Of a stretch of 64,000 nucleotides of DNA, positions 27,149-35,797 are shown in pieces. The DNA lies in assembly GCF_046293215.1 (NCBI RefSeq), contig NZ_JBKBPI010000011.1, positions 1,811 to 65,810 of the forward strand, given 5' to 3'. The stretch's first letter is position 1; every line of letters starts with the position of its first letter. The position numbers and the translations under genes are program-made. The DNA is from Microcella sp. Its GTDB lineage: Bacteria; Actinomycetota; Actinomycetes; Actinomycetales; Microbacteriaceae. Below the pieces are notes generated by a model that was not told where the DNA came from, searched no databases, and worked only from the letters and a program-made list of their open reading frames with translations.

Positions 27149-27466
27149 GTGACCTATCGCGTTGGCCTCGTGTGCGCAGCGGGGGTGTCGAGCACGTTCC
27201 TCGCTCACGCTCTGCGCGCCGCGATCGTCGACGCCGGGCTCACCGCGGTCGAGCTCGAGCCGATGTCGGCCGACCGGGCCGTCGTCGCCGACGTCGAACT
27301 GCTGCTGGTGGCTCACCACCTGCGGGGCGCTTGCGATGAGCTGCGCACCGCAACGGCCACCCCGATTGTGCTGCTGACCACTGATGACCGGGGGGCCGTC
27401 ATCACTGAAGCGACGCGCGAAATTCTGCAGCGCGTCGACACCACCGCCGCATTGGAAGGACCCTGA
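27149..27466 (+). CDS. orphan PTS EIIB-like protein (lactose/cellobiose-type Cys loop)
   Basis: AAGGAGG sits 5 nt before the GTG at 27149. VGLVCAAGVSSTFLA resembles the EIIB(Cel) active-site loop VCAAGMSTS. 105 aa. Confidence 0.6.
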   Translation: MTYRVGLVCAAGVSSTFLAHALRAAIVDAGLTAVELEPMSADRAVVADVELLLVAHHLRGACDELRTATATPIVLLTTDDRGAVITEATREILQRVDTTAALEGP

Positions 27467-27468
27467 CC

Positions 27469-27732
27469 ATGGCCGAACGTACTCTCGCTGTCGCCTCCGC
27501 GAACGGACTGCACGCTCGGCCCGCGGCCCTGTTCGTCAAGACGGTGACCGACTCGGGCCAGCAGGTGCAGCTGACCAAGGGGGAGCGGTCGGTCAACGCG
27601 GCGAGCATCCTCGGTGTTGTATCGCTCGGAATCGAGTACGGGGATGAGGTCACCGTTGCGGTCGAGGGTGACAATGCCAACGACACGCTGGATGCACTGG
27701 TCGACTTTCTCTCGACGGATCACGACGCCTGA
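27469..27732 (+). CDS. ptsH: phosphocarrier protein HPr
   Basis: 87 aa. ANGLHARPAA contains the His-15 site; the Ser-46 region reads VNAASILGVVSLG. Confidence 0.9.
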   Translation: MAERTLAVASANGLHARPAALFVKTVTDSGQQVQLTKGERSVNAASILGVVSLGIEYGDEVTVAVEGDNANDTLDALVDFLSTDHDA

Positions 27733-29393
27733 TGGCCACCACCGAACTGATCCGCGGCGTCGGCATCGGGCGCGGTACCGCCGTCGGCCCGGTGCTGCGG
27801 ATGCCCGACCCCGTGCCTGACCCTGCCGACACCCGCCGGGAGCGCTCCGCGGACGACGAACAGGCCCGCGCGACGGAGGCGCTTGCCGCCACCGCCGCCC
27901 AGCTGCGGGCGCGCGGTCAGGCGGCCGGCGGCACGGCGGCCGAGGTCCTCGACGCGCTCGCGATGATGGCCGATGACCCTGCTCTCGCCGCCGACGTCAC
28001 GCACCGCATCACTGACGGCTCGACCGCGGAGTACGCGATTCACGCGGCCATGGCGTCCTTCCGCGACGTGCTTGCGGCCATGGGTGGCTACCTCGGTGAG
28101 CGCGCCGGCGACCTCGACGACGTCGCCCGTCGCGCCATCGCGCACCTCATGGGTCTGCCAGAGCCGGGTGTTCCGCAGTCGGACGCCCCGTTCATCCTGG
28201 TCGCCCGCGATCTCGCTCCCGCCGACACGGCAACCCTTGACCTCGACAGTGTGCTCGCTCTCGTCACGACCGACGGCGGGCCGACCTCGCACACCGCGAT
28301 CCTCGCCCGCGAGAAGGGCATCACCGCCGTCGTCGGGGCGACGGGTGCGGCCGCGCTCGTCGACGGCGACCTGGTGCTCGTCGATGCCGAAACCGGCACG
28401 GTCGAACGAGACCCCGATGACGAGCGAGTCACCCTCGCGCTGCAGCGCACGGCGGCGCTCGCCGCGATCCGCGCGGCCAGCACCGGCCCGGGGCGCCTGG
28501 CCGACGGCCACGCCGTTCCGCTGCTGGCCAACATTGGCTCAGTCGACTCCGCCAGGGAAGCGGCCGCCCGCGGTGCCGAAGGCGTCGGCCTGTTCCGCAC
28601 GGAGGTGCTGTTCCTCGGCGCCGAGAAGGCCCCCAGCGTTGACGAGCAGGCCGAGACGTACCGCGCGGTCTTCGCCGAGTTCCCCGGCCAGAAGGTTGTC
28701 GTGCGCGTGCTCGACGCCGGGGCCGACAAGCCGCTCGCCTTCCTCACCGACCAGGGCGAAGAGAACCCTGCGCTCGGGCGGCGTGGACTGCGCGCGCTGC
28801 AGGCGCACGAAGAGGTGCTGCGCGATCAGCTGACCGCGCTGGCGACAGCGGCTGCGGCGAGCGACGCCCACGTGCGGGTCATGGCGCCCATGGTCTCGAC
28901 GCCGGAGGAAGCGGCGTACTTCCGCGCTCTCGCCCACGAGCTCGGTGTGCCCACCGCCGGCGTCATGGTCGAGGTGCCGAGCGCCGCGATCCTCGCCGAC
29001 CACCTCGTGCCGCACGCCGACTTCGTCTCGATCGGCACGAACGACCTCACCCAGTACGTGTTTGCCGCCGACCGGCTCCTCGGCACGGTCGCCCACCTGC
29101 AAGACCCGTGGCATCCGGCCGTCCTGCGCCTTATCGAGGCGGTGGGTCGTGCCGGCGCTGACAACGGTGTGCCGGTCGGCATCTGTGGTGAGGCCGCAGC
29201 CGATCCCCTGCTCGCCGTCGTGCTCGTCGGGTTGGGTGCCACCACGCTTTCGATGTCCTCCACCTCCATCGCCGACGTGCGCGCCGAACTGGCGCAGCAC
29301 ACGCTCGACGACGCCAAGCGCCTCGCCGCGCTCGCGCTCGCCGCGCCGAGTGCCGAGGCCGCCCGCGCGGCGGTCACGACCGCTCGCCCCTAG
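27732..29393 (+). CDS. ptsI: phosphoenolpyruvate-protein phosphotransferase (Enzyme I)
   Basis: 553 aa. GGPTSHTAILAREKGI contains the phospho-His. GLFRTEVLF and SIGTNDLTQY motifs. Confidence 0.95.
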   Translation: MATTELIRGVGIGRGTAVGPVLRMPDPVPDPADTRRERSADDEQARATEALAATAAQLRARGQAAGGTAAEVLDALAMMADDPALAADVTHRITDGSTAEYAIHAAMASFRDVLAAMGGYLGERAGDLDDVARRAIAHLMGLPEPGVPQSDAPFILVARDLAPADTATLDLDSVLALVTTDGGPTSHTAILAREKGITAVVGATGAAALVDGDLVLVDAETGTVERDPDDERVTLALQRTAALAAIRAASTGPGRLADGHAVPLLANIGSVDSAREAAARGAEGVGLFRTEVLFLGAEKAPSVDEQAETYRAVFAEFPGQKVVVRVLDAGADKPLAFLTDQGEENPALGRRGLRALQAHEEVLRDQLTALATAAAASDAHVRVMAPMVSTPEEAAYFRALAHELGVPTAGVMVEVPSAAILADHLVPHADFVSIGTNDLTQYVFAADRLLGTVAHLQDPWHPAVLRLIEAVGRAGADNGVPVGICGEAAADPLLAVVLVGLGATTLSMSSTSIADVRAELAQHTLDDAKRLAALALAAPSAEAARAAVTTARP

Positions 29394-29447
29394 CCCCCGT
29401 CCGACCCCTCATCCCGCACCATCCACCCCTCATATAAGGAGACACTC

Positions 29448-30905
29448 ATGACGACGACGTCAGCCCCTCCGGCCCGCTCGGGCGCGCGCGTGCGCATCCA
29501 GCGGTTCGGTACCTTCCTCAGCGGCATGATCATGCCGAACATTGCGGCCTTCATCGCCTGGGGATTCATCACCGCCTTCTTCATCCCCACGGGCTGGACC
29601 CCCAACGCGACCATCTCCGACGCCCTCGTCGGACCGATGATCGTCTACTTGCTGCCGTTGCTCATCGCCAACATGGGCGGTCGCATGGTCTACGGCACTC
29701 GCGGTGGCGTCGTCGGCACGATCGCGACGATGGGTGTCATCGTCGGTAGCGAGGTGCCGATGTTCATCGGCGCCATGCTCATGGGCCCCCTCGCCGCGTG
29801 GCTCATGAAGAAGATCGACTCGATCTGGGACGGCAAGATCCGCGCTGGCTTCGAGATGCTCGTCGACAACTTCTCGGCGGGAATCCTCGGCTTCGGCCTC
29901 GCCATCGGTGCGTTCTTCGGCATTGCGCCGCTCGTGAGCGCCTTCAGCGCGGGCCTTGGCGCCGGTGTCGACTTCCTCATTCTGACCGGCCTGCTGCCCA
30001 TCGCGAGCATCCTTGTCGAGCCGGCCAAGGTGTTGTTCCTGAACAACGCGATCAACCACGGTGTGCTCACGCCGCTCGGTATCGAGCAGGCGGCCGCGAA
30101 CGGCAAGTCGCTGCTGTTCCTCGTTGAGGCGAACCCCGGACCGGGCCTCGGTCTGCTCGTCGCCTTCGCGCTCTTCGGCGTCGGCATCGCCCGTGCGTCG
30201 GCTCCGGGCGCGATCATCATCCACTTCCTGGGTGGTATCCACGAGATCTACTTCCCGTACGTGCTGATGAAGCCCGTCCTGATCGTCGCGATGATCGCAG
30301 GCGGTGCCACTGGTGTCACGACGAACCTCATCTTCGACTCGGGGCTTCGCGCTCCCGCCTCGCCCGGCTCGATCTTCGCGGTGCTGCTGCAGACGGCGAA
30401 CGACAGCTACGTCGGTGTTGTCCTCTCGGTGGTGTTGTCGGCCACGGTGACGTTCCTCGTCGCGAGCCTCATCCTGCGGGCCAGCCGCAAGAAGGACCTC
30501 GCCGCGCTCGAGGCCAACGGCGACAGCTTCGGCGCGTCGGTTGCCCAGAACGCCGAGAACAAGGGCGGCGAGTCGCGCGTTGGTGCGCTGCTCGGCCAGG
30601 GCACCGCGACGGCGACCGACATCCACAACGTCGTGTTCGCCTGCGACGCCGGCATGGGCTCGAGCGCGATGGGCGCCACGATCCTGCGCAAGAAGTTCGC
30701 CGACGCGGGACTGACGGACGTGACCGTCACGAACGTCGCCGTCGCCAACCTCGATGAAACCGCCGACCTGGTGATCACTCACCAGGACCTCACGGACCGC
30801 GCCCGCCACGCGGCCCCGAACGCCGTGCACGTCTCGGTTGAGAACTTCATGGCGAGCCCGAAGTACGACGAGGTTGTCGCCCTCGTCAAGAGCCAGCACT
30901 CGTAA
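29448..30905 (+). CDS. mtlA: PTS mannitol-specific EIICB component
   Basis: 485 aa. IQRFGTFLSGMIMPNIAAFIAWG is the EIIC(Mtl) N-terminus. The C-terminal EIIB has VVFACDAGMGSSAMGATILRKKF. Confidence 0.9.
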   Translation: MTTTSAPPARSGARVRIQRFGTFLSGMIMPNIAAFIAWGFITAFFIPTGWTPNATISDALVGPMIVYLLPLLIANMGGRMVYGTRGGVVGTIATMGVIVGSEVPMFIGAMLMGPLAAWLMKKIDSIWDGKIRAGFEMLVDNFSAGILGFGLAIGAFFGIAPLVSAFSAGLGAGVDFLILTGLLPIASILVEPAKVLFLNNAINHGVLTPLGIEQAAANGKSLLFLVEANPGPGLGLLVAFALFGVGIARASAPGAIIIHFLGGIHEIYFPYVLMKPVLIVAMIAGGATGVTTNLIFDSGLRAPASPGSIFAVLLQTANDSYVGVVLSVVLSATVTFLVASLILRASRKKDLAALEANGDSFGASVAQNAENKGGESRVGALLGQGTATATDIHNVVFACDAGMGSSAMGATILRKKFADAGLTDVTVTNVAVANLDETADLVITHQDLTDRARHAAPNAVHVSVENFMASPKYDEVVALVKSQHS

Positions 30906-31021
30906 GATCGCTGACACCATCACGGGGGCATCGTGAGCAGCTGTGCCGCGGTGCCCCCGTGCATTCCCTGATCGACGCCGTGGCACACACCACGGCAACC
31001 ACCGACGAGAAGGACCCGACC

Positions 31022-31459
31022 ATGAGCGCTGACGTTCTGACCCCCGACCGCATCATCCTCGGCGGCACCGCCCGCACCCGTGACGAGGCGATCAACGAGG
31101 GTGGCCGACTGCTTGTTGCTGCCGGCGCCGTCGACGAGTCGTACGTCGCGGCGATGCACGCGCGAGAGGCCTCCGTCTCGACCTTCATGGGCAATCACCT
31201 CGCGATTCCGCACGGCACGAACGAGGCGAAAGACGCGATCCACTCGTCGGCGATGACCCTCGTGCGCTACGACGAGCCCATCGACTGGGACGGCAACCCT
31301 GTGCGCGTCGTCGCCACCATCGCCGGCAAAGATGGAGGCCACATGGCCGTGCTGCAGGCGCTGGCTCTCGCGTTCAGCGACGAAGAGTCGGTGCAGCGCG
31401 TGCTCGATGCACAAACCCCGGACGACGTGCTCGCCGTGCTCGGCGACGTCAACGTCTAG
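31022..31459 (+). CDS. mtlF: PTS mannitol-specific EIIA component
   Basis: 145 aa from ATG 31022. MGNHLAIPHGTNEAKD contains the phospho-His motif. Confidence 0.85.
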   Translation: MSADVLTPDRIILGGTARTRDEAINEGGRLLVAAGAVDESYVAAMHAREASVSTFMGNHLAIPHGTNEAKDAIHSSAMTLVRYDEPIDWDGNPVRVVATIAGKDGGHMAVLQALALAFSDEESVQRVLDAQTPDDVLAVLGDVNV

Positions 31460-31469
31460 GGGGCAGGTC

Positions 31470-32618
31470 ATGACGGCGGTCCACTTCGGCGCCGGCAACA
31501 TCGGCCGCGGCTTCATTGGCCTGCTGCTGCACGAGGCTGGACACGACCTCGTCTTTGTCGACGTCAACGCGCCCCTGATTTCCGCTCTCACCGCCGCCGA
31601 CAGCTACCGCGTCATCGAGATCGGGCCGGGTGGCGGAGAGACGACCGTGACCGGTTTTTCGGCCATCGACAGCGCGGCCGACCGCGACGCCGCGGTGATG
31701 GCCGTCGCGACCGCCGACATCGTCACGACGGCGGTGGGCCCCACCGTGCTGCGCTTCATCGCCCCGCTAATTGCTGACGGGCTGCGCGCCCGCGCGGCGG
31801 GAACGCCGCCGCTCGTCATCATGGCGTGCGAAAACGCCCTGCAGGCGACCGACTCCCTGCGTGCCGAGATCGCCACGGCGTTGGGCGATGACGCCGCCGC
31901 CCTGACGCGGGCCATTTTCGCCAACACCGCCGTCGACCGCATCGTGCCGACCGCCGACCCCGCCGACGGACTCGACGTGCGCGTTGAACCGTTCTGCGAG
32001 TGGGCCATCGAGACCGGGCCGTTCCCGGGTGCGCCGCCGAGCATCCCGGGCGCGCACTTCGTCGACGACCTCGCGCCGTACATCGAACGCAAGCTGTTCA
32101 CGGTCAACACCGGCCACGCGGCCACCGCCTACCTCGGACGTCTCGCCGGCGCCGCCACTATTCACGAGGCAATCGGGATGCCCGCGGTGCGTGACGCCGT
32201 CAGCGCCGCTCTGCGAGAAACCTCGTCGCTGCTGGTCGCTCGACACGGTTTCGAGCGCGCCGTACAGGACGCGTACCGCGACACCGCACTGCGCCGTTTC
32301 GCGAACGATGCCCTCGCCGACCCGGTCGAGCGCGTCGGGCGGCAGCCCCTGCGCAAACTGTCGCGACACGAGCGCCTCATCGAACCGGCGGCCGCGCTGG
32401 CGGAGCGGGGCGAGCATCCGACCGCCCTTCTGGAAGTCATCAGCGCGGCTCTGCAGTTTGTTGACGTCGCCGACGACCCGGAGAGTATCGAGCTGGGCGA
32501 GAAGCTCGCCTCGCTCACTCCCGAGCAGGTGGTCGTCGAGGTTACGGGAGTGGGGCCGGAGCATCCTCTGCACTCGGCGCTCGTGAGCCGCGTCGCCGAC
32601 GCGCAGCGCGCACGCTGA
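31470..32618 (+). CDS. mtlD: mannitol-1-phosphate 5-dehydrogenase
   Basis: MTAVHFGAGNIGRGFIGLLL is a Rossmann N-terminus. 382 aa. Confidence 0.9.
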   Translation: MTAVHFGAGNIGRGFIGLLLHEAGHDLVFVDVNAPLISALTAADSYRVIEIGPGGGETTVTGFSAIDSAADRDAAVMAVATADIVTTAVGPTVLRFIAPLIADGLRARAAGTPPLVIMACENALQATDSLRAEIATALGDDAAALTRAIFANTAVDRIVPTADPADGLDVRVEPFCEWAIETGPFPGAPPSIPGAHFVDDLAPYIERKLFTVNTGHAATAYLGRLAGAATIHEAIGMPAVRDAVSAALRETSSLLVARHGFERAVQDAYRDTALRRFANDALADPVERVGRQPLRKLSRHERLIEPAAALAERGEHPTALLEVISAALQFVDVADDPESIELGEKLASLTPEQVVVEVTGVGPEHPLHSALVSRVADAQRAR

Positions 32619-33459
32619 CCCACACGATCGCCGCCAGCACCCCGAGTACGGCCAGCCACGGCAGCAGGATGCCGGTGAGCACAAGCGCAGCTGAGCCGAA
32701 GGCGACGAGTGCATCCCAGCCCTGGCGCAAGCCGTCGAGGAAGGTACCGGGCTCGGTGGGCGGGGCCACCGCCTCTGACCCGAGGGTCAGCGTCAGTGTC
32801 GAGAGGGACACCCGATCGGCAAGCGATCGGCGTTGTGCTTGGAGGCTCTCGAGTTGCCCCTGGCGATCGGCGACGACCGATTCGAGGGTGATGAGGTCGT
32901 CAATGTCCTCTGCCTGCACCAGCAGCGCCAAGAGCCGGTCGAGGGAAGCCTCGAGTGCTCCGATGCGGGCGTCCAGGTCTTGCACCTCGCGGGTCACATC
33001 GCTCGCGCTGAGGCTCAGCTCTTCGAGCTCACCCAGGGTCTTCAGCTCGTCGATCGTGGGCTGCAATACCTCGCTCGGAATGCGCAACACCAGTTCGGCG
33101 CCTCCCGCGTCGTTGTTGTGGGGGGCATACTCGGTGCGCCCATCGACGCGCCCTCCCGCGCGCTCCGTGATGCGGGCTGCCTCGGTGGCCGCCTCCAGCG
33201 GGGCCTCCACCGTGAGGTACATCCAGCCGGTGGTGATGACCTGGCGGCCATCGCCGGGTGTCGGAGTGCTGATCGGGCCCTCATCCTCACCGACGGCACC
33301 GTCGCCGCCCATGTCGGGGGCGGGAGCGCCGGGTGCAGGCTCGCCGCCCCATCCGCCGCCCCCGTCGGAGCCGGACTCGGCGACCGCAGAGCAGCCGGCC
33401 AGCAGAAGGGTCGCCGCGAGGGCGGCGAGAGGGGCGAGGGTGCGGCGTGGTCGGGTCAT
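32542..33459 (-). CDS. DUF4349-type lipoprotein
   Basis: MTRPRRTLAPLAALAATLLLAGC lipobox, a coiled middle region (DVTREVQDLDARIGALEASLDRLL) and a C-terminal TM. Confidence 0.75.
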   Translation of the reverse strand: MTRPRRTLAPLAALAATLLLAGCSAVAESGSDGGGGWGGEPAPGAPAPDMGGDGAVGEDEGPISTPTPGDGRQVITTGWMYLTVEAPLEAATEAARITERAGGRVDGRTEYAPHNNDAGGAELVLRIPSEVLQPTIDELKTLGELEELSLSASDVTREVQDLDARIGALEASLDRLLALLVQAEDIDDLITLESVVADRQGQLESLQAQRRSLADRVSLSTLTLTLGSEAVAPPTEPGTFLDGLRQGWDALVAFGSAALVLTGILLPWLAVLGVLAAIVWVSVRAARRRRGSRAPSAEDAPAPLP

Positions 33460-33665
33460 GGCGGTGACGCTACTCCCGCATATGTTTGCCCCACCACCCA
33501 ACGTTTTTGGCAGATGCATAACCGTTATCTGAACTCCCGCTGATAGGGCACAGAGCGTCCGGTGCAAACGCTCGAAACGGATGCGCGCCTGTCGATAGCG
33601 TCGAAGCACGCGGACACGAACCGCGACCCGTTACCCCGGGAATCGACCGACAAAGGAGGACGACC

Positions 33666-33881
33666 ATGGGGTTCACCGACAGTGCGAAGGACGCCGCTGA
33701 GGCGACCGGCGAGAAGATCGGCCGCAAGGTCGAGGACGCGAAAGAAGCCGCCAGCGACAAGGTCGATGAGATGCAGGCCGACGCTGAGGTGAAGAAGAAG
33801 GAAGCCGAGCTGAAAAAGGCCGAATCTGAGGCCGAGGCGACGAAGGCGAAGAACGACTACAAAAAAGACCTGCGCGACTAG
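33666..33881 (+). CDS. small hydrophilic Lys/Glu/Ala-rich protein (stress-protein-like)
   Basis: AAGGAGGA RBS, 71 aa, strong G/C third-position bias despite Lys/Glu richness, followed by a canonical terminator. Confidence 0.65.
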   Translation: MGFTDSAKDAAEATGEKIGRKVEDAKEAASDKVDEMQADAEVKKKEAELKKAESEAEATKAKNDYKKDLRD

Positions 33882-33897
33882 GGGTGGACGCGAAGGG

Positions 33898-33935
33898 CAC
33901 GGGGGTCGGCTCAGCCGGCCCCCGTGTTGTCTTTT
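33898..33935 (+). terminator. intrinsic terminator
   Basis: 12-bp stem CACGGGGGTCGG / CCGGCCCCCGTG with one G-U pair, loop CTCAG, then TTGTCTTTT. Confidence 0.7.
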
Positions 33936-33949
33936 CGCACGGGCGGTGA

Positions 33950-34801
33950 GTGGGGAAGAATGCGGTCATGACGGCGACGGCGAGCCAGCGGTTCCGCGCC
34001 TGGGTGCGCCGGAGACGCGCCCCCCTCTTGCACATCGACCGCGACACGGGGGGAGACGGCCCCATCGTCGTGATGATTCACGGCATCGCATCGTCATCCG
34101 TCACGTTTCAGAACCTGGTGCCGCTACTCGAGCCCGACCACCGGTGCATCACCATTGACATTCTGGGCTTCGGGAAATCCCCGGCGCCGTCCGACTGGGA
34201 CTACACACTCGCGGAGCACGCGGCGGCTCTCGATGCGACCATCCGATCTCTGAAGCTCGATCGTCCGTTCATCCTCATCGGGCATTCGCTCGGCAGCCTG
34301 ATCGCCACCCGCTACGCCGCCCGGCACCCGAACGGCATCGCGCGACTCGTGCTCGTCAGCCCGCCGCTGTACCTTCCGCCCGAAACGATCGGCGACCGCG
34401 TTGACCGGGCGGGCATGGGCGCCTACTTCACCCTGTACGAGTTCTTGCGCGGCAATCAAGACTTCACGGTGCGCGCCGCCGCCGCGCTCGCGAGAATCGC
34501 GCCCATCAAGAACGTGCTCGACGTCACCGCCGAGAACTGGGTGCCGTTCACGCGGTCGCTGCAAAACGCCATCGAGTCGCAGACGACCATCGCCGACCTG
34601 GCGGCCGTCGACGCTCCCGTTGACCTCGTTTACGGCACCCTCGACCCGTTCCTCGCGCCGGGCGGGCTGAAGATCGCCGAGCGGTTGCGTCACGTCACCG
34701 CCACCCGCGTCGCCGGGAACGACCACCTCGTGCGGCCGCGGCTCGCGGAGGCGGTCGCCGAGGTTGTGCGCTCGCCCGTGCACGACTCCGAGCCCGGTTA
34801 G
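33950..34801 (+). CDS. alpha/beta hydrolase
   Basis: VVMIHGIASSS and the GHSLGS nucleophile elbow. Alternative ATG at 33968. Confidence 0.8.
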   Translation: MGKNAVMTATASQRFRAWVRRRRAPLLHIDRDTGGDGPIVVMIHGIASSSVTFQNLVPLLEPDHRCITIDILGFGKSPAPSDWDYTLAEHAAALDATIRSLKLDRPFILIGHSLGSLIATRYAARHPNGIARLVLVSPPLYLPPETIGDRVDRAGMGAYFTLYEFLRGNQDFTVRAAAALARIAPIKNVLDVTAENWVPFTRSLQNAIESQTTIADLAAVDAPVDLVYGTLDPFLAPGGLKIAERLRHVTATRVAGNDHLVRPRLAEAVAEVVRSPVHDSEPG

Positions 34802-34810
34802 TCTTTTCGA

Positions 34811-35797
34811 ATGCATACATCGGTACTGGGTCGCACCGGAGCGACCGTCTCATCGATCGGACTCGGAACCTGGCAGCTCGGCGCCGACTGGGGCGAGGTG
34901 AGCGAGGCGGACGCGTTCGCCGTGCTCGACGCCGCTGTTGAGTCGGGCGTCACGATGGTTGACACGGCCGACGTCTACGGAGACGGCCGCAGCGAGCAGC
35001 TCATCGGCCGCTACCTGCGCGAGCACCCCGACGCCGGGCTCTTCGTGGCCACGAAGATGGGTCGGCGTCTGCCGCAGGTGCCCGAGAACTATTCGACCGA
35101 GAACTTCCTCGCCTGGAACGATCGCAGCCGCCAGAACCTGCAGGTCGACACGCTCGACCTCGTGCAGCTGCACTGCCCGCCGACCCCCGTCTACTCGATC
35201 GACCGCGTCTACGACGACCTCGACGCCATGGTCGACGCCGGCCGCATCCGCCACTACGGCGTCAGCGTCGAGACGGTCGAGGAGGCGCTCACCGCCATCG
35301 CCCGCCCGAATGTCGCGAGCGTGCAGATCATCGTCAACGCCTTCCGCCTGAAGCCCCTGGATGCTGTGCTCCCGGCCGCGCAGGAGGCCGGCGTCGGCAT
35401 CATCGCCCGCGTTCCGCTCGCCTCCGGCCTGCTCAGCGGCCGCTACTCGCGCGAGACGACGTTCGCCGAAAACGACCACCGGAACTACAACCGCAACGGC
35501 GACGCCTTCGATGTCGGCGAGACCTTCTCGGGCGTGAACTACGAGGCGGGAGTGGAGGCGGCTCAGCAGTTCGCCGCGCTCGCCGCCGAGCACGACCTCG
35601 CCCCCGCGACCGCGGCGCTGGCCTGGCTCGTGCACCTGCCCGGCATCTCGACCGTGATCCCGGGGGCCCGCTCGCCCGAGCAGGCCCGCATGAACGCGGC
35701 GGCGGGCGGCGTCGAACCCCTCGGCGACGACTTCCACGCCCGCGTGGTGGCGCTGTACGACCAGTACTTCCGCGCCGCCGTGCATCCTCGCTGGTGA
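34811..35797 (+). CDS. aldo/keto reductase
   Basis: 328 aa. GLGTWQLG, DTADVYGDGRSE and LDLVQLH motifs. Confidence 0.9.
   Translation: MHTSVLGRTGATVSSIGLGTWQLGADWGEVSEADAFAVLDAAVESGVTMVDTADVYGDGRSEQLIGRYLREHPDAGLFVATKMGRRLPQVPENYSTENFLAWNDRSRQNLQVDTLDLVQLHCPPTPVYSIDRVYDDLDAMVDAGRIRHYGVSVETVEEALTAIARPNVASVQIIVNAFRLKPLDAVLPAAQEAGVGIIARVPLASGLLSGRYSRETTFAENDHRNYNRNGDAFDVGETFSGVNYEAGVEAAQQFAALAAEHDLAPATAALAWLVHLPGISTVIPGARSPEQARMNAAAGGVEPLGDDFHARVVALYDQYFRAAVHPRW

Noticed and set aside
26978-27319. 114-codon N-terminal extension of the mtlR ORF. Similar extensions exist for galU (5098..5304), mtlD (31332..31469), nrdB (46101..46196) and the CoA-binding gene (63691..63810).
   Set aside because: The extensions lack coding-like composition or overlap neighbouring genes. 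Internal starts give canonical N-termini, often with an RBS.
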